NCBI RefSeq assembly: GCF_016433145.1
Contig: NC_058133.1
Coordinates: 63,077,420-63,141,419, forward strand
From: Gracilinanus agilis
Taxonomy: Eukaryota
Length of the DNA stretch: 64,000 nt
Direction: 5' to 3'
In this document: one piece after another, positions 35,415-48,879 of the stretch
Layout: each line of letters begins with the position of its first letter
Numbering within the stretch: position 1 is the first letter of the stretch
The notes under the pieces: model-generated
The model's input: only the letters and a program-made list of their open reading frames with translations
What the model was told of the DNA's origin: nothing
Databases searched by the model: none
Program-made: the position numbers and the translations under genes

Positions 35415-37969
35415 GTAAGAATAGCCTTAGGGAGTAATACTCTTTACACTTGAAACCTCCAAGGTCTTGACATTACACGAAGTGTATTTACAGGACATTT
35501 TTTCCCTCCCTGCACATTGAGAAATGCTATTACAGCACCCTCCGCTGCCTCCAAAACACACACACATATACCCTGTCACACCTACTCCAAGTTTCTGGAA
35601 GTAGGACTAGAATTTGGATTTTCTTGATTCCCTTCAGTTAGAAATGATTTTGCTTAAATTACTCAGCACTTTGGAACTCTCCTTTGTACTTATCCCATTC
35701 TATCTTATGTTATAGTTATTTCTGTAAGGGTCTTTATCATTTAGTTTGAGAGCAAGAATTTTATCTAGTGCTGTATAGAATCTTTACACATACATCAACT
35801 TTAGGAGCATGTGATTTAGCTGGTCTGAGGACAACCCTCACATCACAATGCCAAGGTGCAGCCTCCCTATAACTTACAGTTAGAACATAGATTAAAGCTC
35901 AGATAAGTTGAGGAATGTGGTCATAATAATGCATATATTGAGTAACAGGTCAGGATTTGAACTCAGGTTCTCTTGACTCCAAGCCTAGTACTCCACAATG
36001 CCATGCTAATTCACACATGCTTTGTACATAGTAGATGCTGTATAAGTATTTGTATAAAATATAAATATTTGAATTTAAGTAGTGATTCAGTGTTATAGGT
36101 TGATCAGACCAATTCCAAGGGTTAGAGAGGTGATCAGATTAAAGAAATAGTAATGTTCTTATTTTCCTACACCACTAAAAGGTGAAAGCAAAGCCAACAC
36201 TCAGCTTGCAGGGAGGACTGGAGTAACTGACAGGTCTTGGATGGATGAATAATGGGTACGGGAAGTTCAGCTATTCCTCTCAGCTTGGATACTCCAAATA
36301 AAATTCGTCATCCTCCAGGCCCTCTAAGTTTCTTCAGGTCCTATACTTGCTTTCTCTGTGTGCAAATAAGTACCTATAACCATGTGAGGATAAGAGGTTT
36401 TTGGCAGCAATGTGATTTGAGGCTGGTTTGTGCCAAAACTTGTTTTGCTTTTTTTGAGACTTTTTTTGGCAGGGAGGGGAGGGTTGGGGGATGACTCTTA
36501 TTCTTGAAGTGTTCTTGAGGAATTATAAGTACTAATTGGCCAGTAGTATTTGTCCAAATTTGTAGATGATCTTTCTGAGTGAGTACTAACTGACCATACT
36601 ATTAGACACTAGTTGATGGATTTCTGTACTTTTAATATGTGTCTGACCCACATTTATCTCTTGGGTAGCCCTCTGTTGTCAGAGGGAACCTATGATGGGC
36701 TAATTAACATAATTAATCTAAGGATGACATATGGCTAGTGACTTTGGGAGATGGTGGTTATCTCAAGATGGTAAATTGACTGATTGGATACAAATAAACA
36801 TCCTAAAGCCAACCTTGAAGGAAGGAAAGGAGAAAAATTGTATTTGCTTACAAAACCTTTTGTAAAGGGAAAAGGAAAGGGAAAAATCTTGAACTTTTAA
36901 CAAACTAATTTAAAGCAGAATTCCTTCAAAGACTAACTCAACATCAGGTACAGGATCTAAAGAAACTTGGCAGGCCTGGAGGAGAGTGAATTTTATTTGG
37001 AAGTATCCAAGCTGAGGAGAGTAGCTAAGCCTCCTATACTTGTTATTCATCCAAGATCTGGCAGTCACTTCAGTCCTCCCTATAAGCTGAGAATTGGTTT
37101 TGCTTTCACCTTTTAGTGCTGTGGGAAAATAACCAAAAAGGAATATAATAAACTCTACTTGATGGAAAAATGTCTTCTACTTAGAAAAGGAATCTCCCAA
37201 ATTTGGGGTTTGCTATTGTAGTTACAGTAGAGAGCAACAACCACAATAATAATATAGTCTTGACTGAACATACAAGCTGCTCTTCTGCATATAGAAATTC
37301 ATATTTTTCAATATAATCTTAAACCACAGCATGGATTACACCAGTCAAAATAAGGTAATGCCCAGTGAAAAGCAGGTCCTCTAGAATCCTGGTCCATCAG
37401 TATTTATTACTTGCTTATTTTGTAGACTAAAGTAAGATGTCAAAGGGCATTTTAGCCAAAGATAGAAAAAATATATCAGTGACATCTAATATAAGTAATA
37501 AAGGAATATTTGAGGCCTGCAAATCTCACATATGATATCCATATATCAATTACTTAGAGGACATGAGCTAATGGCTACTTACAAAGTAGGGATGATAATT
37601 AGCACCTACCTTACAGGATTGTGTGGATCAAATAAGACAATATATTTAAGATGTTTTGCACAACTTAAAGTAGTGTATAAATGATGATGGTGATGATGAT
37701 GGTGGTGGTGGTGGTGGTGGTGGTGGAAAGATGCAGGGTGTGATGTTAGTTTCCAGATCTGCTACCAGATCTTTGTTTAACCTAGTTAGGTTTCCAAGAT
37801 TGACCATATGGAGAACTCTACCTTGATTGTCAACAAGATCAGAATGCATCTAAAAAAATGGCCAGCTCATAACAATTGGAAGCTAAAGGCAGTCTTCAGT
37901 CAATCAACAAGCATTTGTAAGAATTTAAATGTAGGTTCTATGCTAAATATGAAAGTTCTAAAGTAATAT

Positions 37970-38585
37970 TGTGGTCGCTGATTTTTTAAAAAAAATTAAC
38001 TCTTTAAGTCACAAGTCTGTTAGCTGCACTTAACAATTTAGTTTAATAGAGATATAGTAAAAGAGAGAAATGTAGGAAGGAAGTAGAAAATATTGCCTAG
38101 CTAAAAACCCTATAATTTCAGTTCAAAGAAGTCTAGCTCACTACCCGACAAGGACTCTCAAGCCCCAATCTCCATGTGGTATCATGGTAGTCTCTTAAGC
38201 TAGGAGTACCAATGGTGTCTTCAGCAAGGGTTCCACCAACACAGCCTCCTCCAGGAAAGGAAGGCCTCTCCAGAACCAGTCTCTCCAGAAGCCAGGAAAG
38301 GAAGACCAGCTACTGACCCAGCAAGCCACCGCAGGATCCAGGGAAAAAGTCTCCTCTTTCGGTCTAGCTCACCAACACAGAGTGTCCAAAGATGAGTTCC
38401 AAAGGAGAAGTCCCCTGGACAGAGGAAGTTCAGGACTTTTTATAGTCCTTTTTTCAATGTCACTTCTTGTCCTTTCCCCACTTTACAGGAACCAATCACA
38501 GTCTTTCAATTTGCCTAGCACTGCCCAGGGGTGGGGCAGTGGCCTGTGGGGCAGTGGCCTCTGGACTTGTCATCCTATCTTCACA
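37970..38585 (-). mobile_element. Probable solo LTR in BLZF1 intron, antisense
   Basis: tgtgg...tcaca termini, TATAAAA on minus at 38437-38444, CCAAT ~38492, internal 15-bp tandem ggggcagtggcct; sits between L2 3' remnants. Confidence 0.6.
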
Positions 38586-40023
38586 CATTTATTAAATGAC
38601 TGCCATGTGACTACTCTATAAAATACAATTGGGAATACAAAGACAAATGAAGTAGGCTTTGCCCTAGAGGAAGTTGATTTTGATGAGAGGAAAACACATA
38701 GAAGTAAATTCACTCATGAACATATAAATATGGAGGTACATACCTAGTAACAAATGCTAGAACTGGGACCAGTAAGGCAGGCAGCATTTGAGCCAAAGTT
38801 TGACCAAAGCAGGGGAGGTGAAGAAGGCACACTTAGGCATGGGAACCAAGAAAGTGGGCAAAAAACAGCCAGAGAAGGGAGGCTACACACAGGGGTAGAA
38901 GAGAAGCCAGTCTTACAGAAACACCAGATCCAAGTGGACAGAAATGTGTAATAGGTCTAGAAAGGGATGTTAAAGACAGATTGTGAAGAGCCTTAAGTGA
39001 CAACCTGGTGTTTGCATTTTATTATAGAGGCATCAGAGAGCCATAAGACTTTTTGATGAGGGGGATGACTTATGCTTTGGGAAGATCACTTTGGCAGCTG
39101 TGTAGATTTGAGAGGGGAAGAAATTAGAAACAGGGAAATGAGTTAGGAGGCAGTTAAAATAGGAAAGAAGTGATAAGGCCTAGCCTAGGTGGCAGAAAGA
39201 GTAGAGAAAAGGGGATGGAACCATGCAAGAGATATTGTGGAGGAAAAATCAGTCAGACTGGTTAACTGATTTGCTATGGACTAGAATTAAGGAAAAGTTG
39301 AACTCTGAACCCTTGTGAGCAAAAGGATAATAGTACCTGTGTTTTAGGGAAATTAGAGAGAAAAGTGAGTTTAAAGAACACTCTTGTGTATGTATGATTT
39401 TAATCATTGTGGTTGTGATTGAGTAAAGATTCACTCTTTCCCCCTTGTCGATAGCAGACTGTGAGCCTCCTGACTAAAAAATAGAAAAACTGTATAAAGT
39501 AGTTGATAGCACTTTCAATGGTTGTCATTTAGAGGGGAGTGATTAAATTTGGGGAGACTCATTGCCATGTTAATGCCAGGGGATAATAGATTTTCCAGTC
39601 ATAATTTTCGGAGACTGTCTCCTAAGTCTTAGGGGGTTGTACTGATAGAAGGAATACTCTCACCAAGAATATATTGGTGATTTTCTTCACTCAGTAAATG
39701 TCCCTATGTATAGTACACTATACTAGGCACTAGGAGAAATGATAAATAAGGTATCATCTCTGACCTCAAAAAGTTGATTTGTGCCATTTTACTCGAAGTT
39801 TATACCAAAACTGTACAGATCTGGGTATACGAGTAGCTTAGATTTGAAGTTGAAAAACATTATGTAAGATATTCTAAGTTGTTCTGGTGAACATAATCCT
39901 GTGTTCCGTACTATTTTCACAAACTGAATTTTTTATCTTAGAACCCTATTCCATGTTACTTCATTAAAGTTAATTATTTTAATTAATTAGTCTTTACCCT
40001 GAATTATTGATGTTCTTTTCTAG

Positions 40024-40223
40024 GTGAATCGTGAATTAAAGAAGTTGTTAGTGGCTTCTGTTGGGGATGATCTGCAGTATCATTTTGAACGTTTGGCTCG
40101 TGAGAAAAATCAGCTTATTTTAGAAAATGAGGCCCTGGGCCGGAATACAGCTCAGCTCTCTGAACAGTTAGAACGTATGTCTATACAGTGTGATGTGTGG
40201 CGAAGTAAATTTCTAGCAAGCAG
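40024..40223 (+). CDS. BLZF1: BLZF1 coding exon 3 (VNRELKKLLVASVGDD...RSKFLAS)
   Basis: Essentially identical to the golgin-45 coiled-coil as recalled; ttctag|GTG acceptor, AG|gtactg donor, 200 nt, phase 2. Confidence 0.97.
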
Positions 40224-41987
40224 GTACTGTGCCATTTCACTAGTTCTGTGCATATTTCAAGCCTTTGATCCATAGACACATAAAAACAATTCATTGTTGA
40301 GAAATATTGAGGTTTTGAATTTAAAGATTTATAAGTATGTTATCCTAAAACCTTTCATTTAGGGATGTCAGCACATAAAAGCTATTACAAGATATACTTT
40401 CTCCTATAGTAATACCATATATTTATTTAGTTTTTTCCTAGTTACAGGGTATTTTTTATTTATTATTTTTATTTTATTTTCTGAGGTTAGCAATTCAAGT
40501 TTTATTATCTGCATTGTGAAAATGAGGATAGGGACAGATTTCCAGATAGGGAACTGTTCTTCACTTCCCATGTAACAATAGAATAATAAGAACAGAAGAA
40601 AACCAACTCTTTTTAAGTCTCTTTTCAGTAGGCTTCCCAGTACTTTCTCTATTAGTGTCAATAAATCAAGAAGTAATAGGAACTATAAAACTTGCACCAG
40701 AATCAAGAATCCTGAATTACTTGTGTACAGATTGGTATAGCTTTGGTTGTCTGGGCAAAAGACCACCCACAGACACCATTTTCCCCCTTGCTCTCTTACT
40801 AGAGACTTCAGATAGCAAGGGAGGACTCTTACCAGACTTAATAGCAAAACTAGGAGAGCTGTTACTTCTTCTGAAAACACTAATGAGGTGTTATATTTTC
40901 TTAAAATACACTATATTAAGAATAAAAATAGCAACATTCTAATTATAAGAATACTACAAAAAAAAAAACCAGGCTTTTGGGCCATCTAGAGAAACCTGGA
41001 TTATACTTTAAACAGAACTACAGGAGTGTAGATTTGTGGCTGGAGAACTGCCCTAGGGGCCAGGAAGCCCTCAGTTTGAGTTCTGCTTTAGCACAGACCA
41101 GCTGTTTAACTGGGCTGAGCAGGTACTGGTCCACATTAGTAAAAGTTTCATTACAAAGATTCTGATACAATGTAATTTCAGATCCAATTTGCCCTCCCCT
41201 TCCCAAACCCCCAAACAGTAAAAGCAAACACAAAAGGTGTGGAAGGAATGCTTAAAAGCAATACCCCATGTTTCAAATCTGTGAAAGATAATTCACCAGA
41301 GATTTTTAAATGAGTTGTATTCTAAACATTCTAATATAGAATTGACTTTTTGGGAAAGATAGGTTATAATTGATTTTGTAAAAATACTAAAAGTTCATTG
41401 ATTTTCATTGAGCTACTTAAAAAAATCCTATTCATGATTCATTTATAGCTCTTGAAAAGCTTATTGCTGAATGAACAATAATGAAGCTTGTTGTTTGTTT
41501 TATTTACCTTCTAATAGCATTTGAAAAGAATTACTGTCTCTCTTTGTCAAATCCTTGTTAAATTTAAATTTTGAGAGTGCATGAGACATTAATTGCAAAA
41601 TACTTTTCACTTTATACTGTTAAGTGATCTCAGTGAAAAAGCAGAATTTTGAGACCTTAGTTGTTATTCATGTGGTTGTTAGTTGGGAGGAAAAAAAACA
41701 AAATTTGAGATTTGATAATTCTAGAATAAGACTGTCAGACATCTGCAGGAATCATTATATTCAACTTGTGGTCTTTTCCTCTGTTGTCTTATACATAACT
41801 TTATTGGAAACCTTCCACAAGCACCAAACTAAATTAAATTAATCAAGATTTTTAAAGATATTTCCATCTATGTCAAAACTAATTTGTCAATTGGAAAATA
41901 ATAGTGTTGTGTAGGGTTTGGGGGGGAGGGTTGTTTGCTTTACTTCTAAAAAAGATTTTATTCATGGGGATATATCATCTTTTGCAG

Positions 41988-42116
41988 GGTTATGGCTGAT
42001 GAATTAACAAATGCCAGAGTAGCTTTACAGCGTCAAAGCCGCGATGCTCAGAGTGCTATCCAAGACCTCCTCAGTGAACGGGAACAATTCCGACAGGAAA
42101 TGATTGATACTCAGAA
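41988..42116 (+). CDS. BLZF1: BLZF1 coding exon 4 (VMADELTNARVALQRQ...EMIDTQ)
   Basis: ttttgcag|G acceptor, AA|gtacgt donor, 129 nt, phase 2 to 2. Confidence 0.96.
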
Positions 42117-43913
42117 GTACGTCACAGTTACATTATGTTCTCTGTGGATTTTCTCCCCAAACCTGGGCTTCCCTTTGAAGTTTCTTCTGCATTTGTTCAT
42201 TTGTTAAACTGTCTGCACTGTGTCTGAAGTTTCTATCTCCATGCTGGGAAATTCTCTGAGAACACATGTAGAATGTGCTTTTGAGCCTGCTTACTCTAGA
42301 AAGCTTTTTGAGATGATGCAGAAAATATCAGAAGGAATGTCCCTTACATGCTTTTGAATACTTAATTTCAGACTTCAGAGAAGTTAGTTACCAGTTACCA
42401 GTTTACATTCTTACAAGTCTGGTGTTGTTTCATAGATTTGGTTCAATTCAACAACATTTATTAAGTACCTGCTATGTTTTTAATAGGTATTAGGGTACAA
42501 ACACAAAATTAATAAGTCTCTGACCTCAAGCAGCTTTATATTTTGATTCAGTCACTCACTAAGGGGAAATAAAATGTAAGCAGCCTGTAAAGATACACTA
42601 AAGCCTAATTACGAAGAGCTTTAAATGCTTTGTATTTTACCTTAGGCACACTAGAGCCACTGAAGTTTCTTAAGTGAGGAAGTGAAGTGGTCAGACTTAA
42701 GCTTTAAGAATTAAAACTGGGATGCTATGTGGAGGTTAGGCTAAAAAAAGACTAGAGACAGAGAACAATTAGGCTGTTTTAATTAATAGTTTTGATAAGA
42801 AATCATGACTAAGGATGTGACCCTATGGGTGGAGGCTAGGAGATGGATATATTGTGTAGAGATACTAGTAGTTACTAAAGAGTTAAAATTTTATATTATG
42901 CTATTCCGGGTTATAACATGACTTTGTGAAAACATTGCCTATTGTGGTAGAGCCAGTTTCAGACTGTGCCTCTTGCAGTCACCCACTATATGGCCATGAT
43001 TAAATGACTAAACCTCTCTAAGCCTCAGTTTTGCTGTGTGTAATACAGAGATAATCCCTCCAGCATCTACCTCACAGGGTTGTTGAAAAGGCTTTGGGGT
43101 CTAGAGTCATGTGCAGTAAAAATCCTAAATCACAATCACTCTTGAACATCCTTTTGATTTCTCATCAAATACAATAGCACGTGTCATTAAACAGTGATAG
43201 CTAGAAATACGTATGATGTCTTTAAAGGAAAGGTCAGATGGGTCTGAAATGGTTGCTATGGAAATAATTATCAGTTCTCTTTTTCACTACACCCATTTAA
43301 GCTTTTAATCAGAATAGATGTTGTAACCAGGACTTGTACTCAAAGGGATAAACCAAGCCAAGGTATGTATTTAGAGGGGGAAAGGCTTCTTACAGCAGGT
43401 GGTGTTACTAGGGCATGACCACACTACCACAGAAGCATTTCTTCTTCCTTTTTCACCATGAGTTAAGAAAGGCCTTAAATCAAAAGGAGAATCCATGCAA
43501 GGCTGGTCTAGCTGGCCAAGAATGCTGGGAAAGCCAAATGTGGTGGATCCTCTCCTTACTTCTACCAGCCTAATAAGCAAAATGGGGCAGACTATCTACA
43601 GGAAGGATAAAGAGATCCTGTAATCACCTTCAGCAAAGCAAGGTGCTCACACATGAGAGGCTTAATGTGAGCCTCCTGCTGCAGAATACACTCATTGAGA
43701 TGGCATGAAAAGAAGAGTGGGTAGAATTACCCATGCTATTTAAATCATCCTGTGCTTCCCACACATATACTAACACACACAAATGTCATATAGTTGGGTT
43801 TGCAGAAGTTAAATGTGCATATAACATAACTTCGTTGTAATATAGATATGCCTTGACAACTTGGAGATGCTTATATAAATGCCAGACATCATTATTACCA
43901 TTTCCTTCTAGAG

Positions 43914-44076
43914 CAGGGGTCGGCAACCTTTTTGGCCGTGAGAGCCATAAACACCACTTTTTAAAATGCAATTTCATGAGAGCCGTACAGTGCTCACTGT
44001 GCGCCCTTGTAGCAGCGCCTGAAAAAAAATTGACTTTATGGCTCCTGCAGAAAGAGCCATACGTTGCTGACCCCTG
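43914..44076 (+). mobile_element. hAT/Charlie-type MITE (163 bp)
   Basis: 14-bp TIRs caggggtcggcaac / gttgctgacccctg; 8-bp TSD ttctagag/gtctatag (NTCTAGAN-like target). Confidence 0.88.
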
Positions 44077-44295
44077 GTCTATAGTAAGCAGAATCTGAGC
44101 CAGACTTCTTTTGTCAGCTAACTTACCTACCCTCCCATACCAAGTTTGTCTGTTTTGTCTGGATTTTTCTTTTGTTTTATTTGAACTCTATAGTGAAGCA
44201 TTATACAAATTCAAATAAATGTTTCTTTTTATACTTTGTATACTTGGCTCGTAATAAGATGTCATCTTATTATTCAGTGTATGTTTCTGTTGCAG

Positions 44296-44515
44296 ATTAC
44301 TGGAGGAACTCTTGGTTTCTTTGCAGTGGGGTAGAGAGCAGACTTACTACCCTAGTGAACAACCCCACAGCACTGCAGAGCTAGCATCCACAAATCACAA
44401 ATTGGCCACAGCACTGAATTCCCATCTCCTTGGAAATGTCGGCACTAAGACTCCAAAAAAGGCTTCACCCACATTTGAATTCTGTAGTACTCCAGCAGAG
44501 AAAATGGCTGAAACA
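44296..44515 (+). CDS. BLZF1: BLZF1 coding exon 5 (LLEELLVSLQWGREQ...TPAEKMAET)
   Basis: ttgcag|A acceptor, ACA|gtaagt donor, 220 nt, returns to phase 0. Confidence 0.96.
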
Positions 44516-45597
44516 GTAAGTTATTTTCAGAACTGTTGTCGCTTGAGCTTCTAGAAAGGGATCCTGTGAGAGCCAGTGGTTGTTAGGGGGAAAACATCAG
44601 CCTTGAAATCAAGAGCCCCAAGTTCTAGGCCCGGCTGTAGTGCTAAGTGGTAATGGGAAACTTAGTCAACACACTCTTTGAGTCACTTCTTCCTCATCTA
44701 TAAAATGTGTAAGGGTACAGTTGTTTTTAAGGCAGTCCTATTGCCTAGGTAGTGACACAATTACTACAACTCTGGAAATCAAACTTTGTAGTTTCTGTGT
44801 GCCTGATTCTGAGCAATCATAATAACCAAAAATGAATTCTTTGTCTATGTCATCACTCTTACAAACCACATGCAAATATGACTATCAAAAGAGACAAAGT
44901 CACCCAATTGCACACGTATCAGTTTAGACAGATTTATAGAATGACATGCAACCACGTCAGCAGCGGTACAAGAGCCATCCTTTCATGTCTCCTTTGACAG
45001 TATTATAAGGAAGACACGTTTGTCTCATTTACCTTCTCTGATTATACTAAACGTTTATAGTAGGTGGTCACTTGGGAATTTTTCCTGTTTCTCACTAAGA
45101 CCTCTGAATGTGTCACTTCTTTTCTGGGAAAGAATTCTCTGAGCCAATGAATCATTCCAGTTTTGCCTAACTTTTTTTTTTTTCAGTTAAGTGAGTGGGG
45201 GTAGGGAAAAAAAGCCTTTTGTACTTAAAATTACTTTATAGTCTAAAAACTCACATTTAATTTTTTTAATTATTCAAACACCTTGCTCCCCCAAACCCGG
45301 CACCCAATGAGATTGTGCGTTTGTTTTAAGGTAAAGGTGGAAAATCATTAACTTGTTATTGATCATTCTCTAGGTGCAAGGTACTGTAACTAGTCATTGT
45401 TAATTTGTGAACCTTTTTATCTTCTTGCCTCATGTTTAACACTCATTTTTTATATTAAATTGTTAGTAGTAGTTACATAATGTTTAATAAGGCTAAGAAC
45501 TTTTAGAGCAATATTCCTTTTCAATATGCCATTTTATTATCTTAATGTTGAAACACATGTACTGCTTGCATCTGATCCGAGCTTTTATTTCCCCTAG

Positions 45598-45780
45598 ATT
45601 CTGCGAATTTTAGATCCAGCTACCTATACAGAAAGCTCATCTGAAATATTTTCAGAGTCTTCACCAGCCACTTTGCTTTCTACAAAAAAAAATATTGGAC
45701 GATTCCATCCATATACCAGATATGAAAATATAACTTTCAACTGTTGCAATCACTGCCAGGGAGAACTTATTGCCCTTTAA
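45598..45780 (+). CDS. BLZF1: BLZF1 last coding exon (ILRILDP...RFHPYTRYENITFNCCNHCQGELIAL*)
   Basis: cccctag|ATT acceptor; 60 codons plus TAA; conserved C-terminal CxxC and PDZ-ligand IAL (GRASP55-binding end). Missed by the ORF track. Total protein 401 aa. Confidence 0.97.
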   Translation: MLRILDPATYTESSSEIFSESSPATLLSTKKNIGRFHPYTRYENITFNCCNHCQGELIAL

Positions 45781-46940
45781 AAGAAGTCAAGTCAATGTCT
45801 TCAAAATGTCCTAGAATCTCTTATCATACTAGAGATAACTATAACTGTTTTGGGGTTAGGGTTAGGCTACCATGTAATGGCACTCTTTCTACTTAAATAC
45901 TGGATTTCTCCAAAGAACTTCCATGTAATGAACTTTAAATCTTTTTCATAGATATCTACTCAGGGTATAAAAAGCACAAAACTCAAAAAATGTTAATTGA
46001 CAATAATGCAAGCTTTCCCAAGCTTCACACTGTGCTTTCCTTAAAAAGGTAATCTTGGAGTTCACTTGGTAATTGAGATTTAGAAATCTCTCCAAAAGGT
46101 AGAATTCAGTTTAATTCTAAAGCTTCTCCAGGACCAGATTATTACTTACCTCCACTGGATTTGTGCAATGGTTTTTGTGCTCCTATTAAAATCCAAAATG
46201 ATTACATTGATTTTTCTACCAGTTTATAAGTCTCCCCCTGCCCCCCTCCAAAAATATGCCATAGGCAATTTTGAAAAATGTTTTCCTTACTGGAAAGGAG
46301 GAAAAATGTTATAAGCTAGATGATTCTGAATAAACGATTGATAAGAAGGTATGTTGTTCAACATAAAGTGTACATGTAATATTGGGAGTTTTTTAGATTG
46401 AGACTGATAGAGGAAAGAAGTGACAATTTTAACCATTAAACTGAATTGTAGCAAATGTGATGCACAATAGTGGTGATATTGAACGTATATTTTACTTGTT
46501 TTTCAAAGAAATATGCTAGTCTTGATTTGTACAGATCTGGGTAATATGACTTTAAAGAGACCCCTTAAATTTGAAAGACCCTGTCTGTACAGCATGTATT
46601 TTTTTAAATAATGTAACATAACAGACTATTAATATCTTTATAAGCCCAAAGAAGAAAATCAGTCCATTGATTGAAACTTTGTTTTTAGCATTGTATTATT
46701 ATGTATCAGTGATCGAGTCCTTAAAAACAGTTCATTTTATGCCTTGATACAGGGCTCATTTAAAATAGTCACCTATGTTAATTATACCAAATCATGCAGA
46801 TGAGTTACAGAAGTGCCTATTAGAAGAGAAATCTTCAATGGTCAGGTATAAATATAATGTATTGAATATGTATGTTTTTTTGTCAACTGAATAATTGTTT
46901 CTGGCTGTTGTGTTTGGATTAATTTATTGTTTCAAATGGC

Positions 46941-46946
46941 AATAAA
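46941..46946 (+). terminator. BLZF1: Likely BLZF1 distal polyadenylation signal (alternatives ATTAAA 46185, AATAAA 46329)
   Basis: AATAAA followed by a U/GU-rich tract; AT-rich, repeat-free 3'UTR-like sequence 45781-46970. Confidence 0.55.
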
Positions 46947-47449
46947 TGTATTTACCTTCTCCAGTTGTAAAACTGCTATGTTTATTTTTACTATAATGTT
47001 CACCATGAATGTTGGTACTACTCTAGGTCAAAGTTTGGTCGGCCTCGGAATCAGAACTGGATCCTCCCCAATTATCTCCTTTGCATAACCTTTTAGCTGT
47101 GATTTTTAACTTTACCATCTCCATATAGGCTTATAGTAGTCTAAACTATATAGCTAATCCCACTACAGCTGGAATGAGAGAAATAATTCAGGAGTTAATA
47201 AAACTGATACTAGAAATTAGTTATTTTTTGACAGGCAAAATTATGTTTCATGATTATATAAACATCAATTTGCAAAGTGCCTTCATGGTTTCTTTTTTTG
47301 GGATGTTTAGTTTAGATTAATACATCAATTTGTGACACTGCAATCTTGGAACAAGAACTTAAAAGTACAAGATATAAGAAATAGTCTGTTTCTTGGGTAC
47401 AAAACTTAAATATGGAAAGGTTTTGATTTTGAAATATGTAGTACAATCA

Positions 47450-47672
47450 CAATTAGGTTGCACTGAGGTTGGGGTGCCAGGCCTAGAATCGGGAAAACCC
47501 AAGTTCAAATCCAGCCATCGACTCTTAATAGCTATGTGCTGCTGGACAAATTTAACTGTTTGCCTCAGTTTCCTCATCTGTAAAATGAGCTGGAGAAGGA
47601 AATGGCAAACCAGTCCAATATTTTGCCAAGAAAACCCCAAATGGGGTTATAAAGAGTCAAGACATAACTAAA
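47450..47672 (+). mobile_element. MAR1-type CORE-SINE with RTE-derived tail
   Basis: CORE cctcagtttcctcatctgtaaaatgag then gaaatggcaaaccagtcc...gccaagaaaacccc; similar copies at ~19470-19590(-), 52975-53125(-), 53826-54045(+), 57965-58210(-), 60437-60655(+). Confidence 0.85.
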
Positions 47673-48879
47673 CAAAATCACTGAAATGGTTTGATCAATT
47701 TATACCACTATTTAAAAATTTGTGAATGTAAATTTTATTGTATGCAATGAGTAATCTTCCACTGAATTCACTTAAGTATGTCATTAATTTCATAATTTCA
47801 GTACTTCATTTTGATAAATTATTCATTCATCATCTTCTCAGAATCAGATATTCTATAACTACCTGCTTATCCCAAATCTTGTCTTATGAAAAGCCTGGAT
47901 TTTTCCCATCTCTTCCAAAGCCAAAATACATTTATAAGTTGTCATCTTTAAAAAACTAGGTGATATTATACTCTCCAAGTTCATGGAATCATGCCTAAGC
48001 AGCACCCATAAAGTATTTTGACAAAGAGCACCCCCCCGACTGGCTGAATTCTGGAAGCTCCATTAGAAAAATATAATCAAAATAGCTATTTTGAAATCAT
48101 TTTTTTTCTTTACAAGTGTCATTCAGGAACTCCCAGAAAAGCTGCAACAGATAAAAAATTAACCATCTTTAATGTGAACCTCAACAAAATAAAAATGGTA
48201 AAGACTACACGAGGCAAAGAACACATAGCTTTGAGATCAAGAAAGCATCAGAACATGGTCCTAGTCCAGAAGAATCAAAGTGCCTTGGGACTAATCACAT
48301 CCACATAACATTGACCATCAATCCAACACTGAGATAAGTGTATATCAAGGTTAGGATAGAAATGTTCACAACTGCACATTGCTAGTTTCAATGATCACAA
48401 TAAAATGGTGGATTCACAATAAAATTGAAGAAAAGCATCATAGGCGATCATGTAGAGTTATAAGGAACCTTAGAAACCATTTACTCCAATCCCCTCATTT
48501 TATAGATAAGAGGCCACAAATAGGTGATTTGCCCAAGAGAACACCAGTACTGTCTGAAGCAAAACGTGAACCCAGTTCTTCCTGACTCCTAAGTGCAAGT
48601 CACTATCCATTACACTATGTTGTAGGCTCAAGTTTGTGACCATAGAGTATGCAAAAGAAATACCATAAAGAATCTACACACATTTACACTTTTCTCATAA
48701 CTTTGTGATGTAGCTAATATGAGAATTGTCTCAATTTTACAAATAAACCAAAGTCAGAGGAGATATTTGACATGCCCAAAGACTCAAACCTAGATCTTTT
48801 GATTAAAGAATTGAAAAAGGTTTAGACAAGGGTCCTAAAAATGGAAATTCTGAAAATAAAGTAACCAACTTTTTATCAT

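Noticed and set aside
36500-37330. Possible additional LTRs (also ~22394-22700, 24280-24675, 43320-43790, 59250-59520)
   Set aside because: LTR-like composition, but no convincing TG..CA termini with TSD; needs RepeatMasker.
45853-45866. gggttagggttagg telomere-like repeat in the BLZF1 3'UTR
   Set aside because: Only about two units; not enough for an interstitial telomere call.
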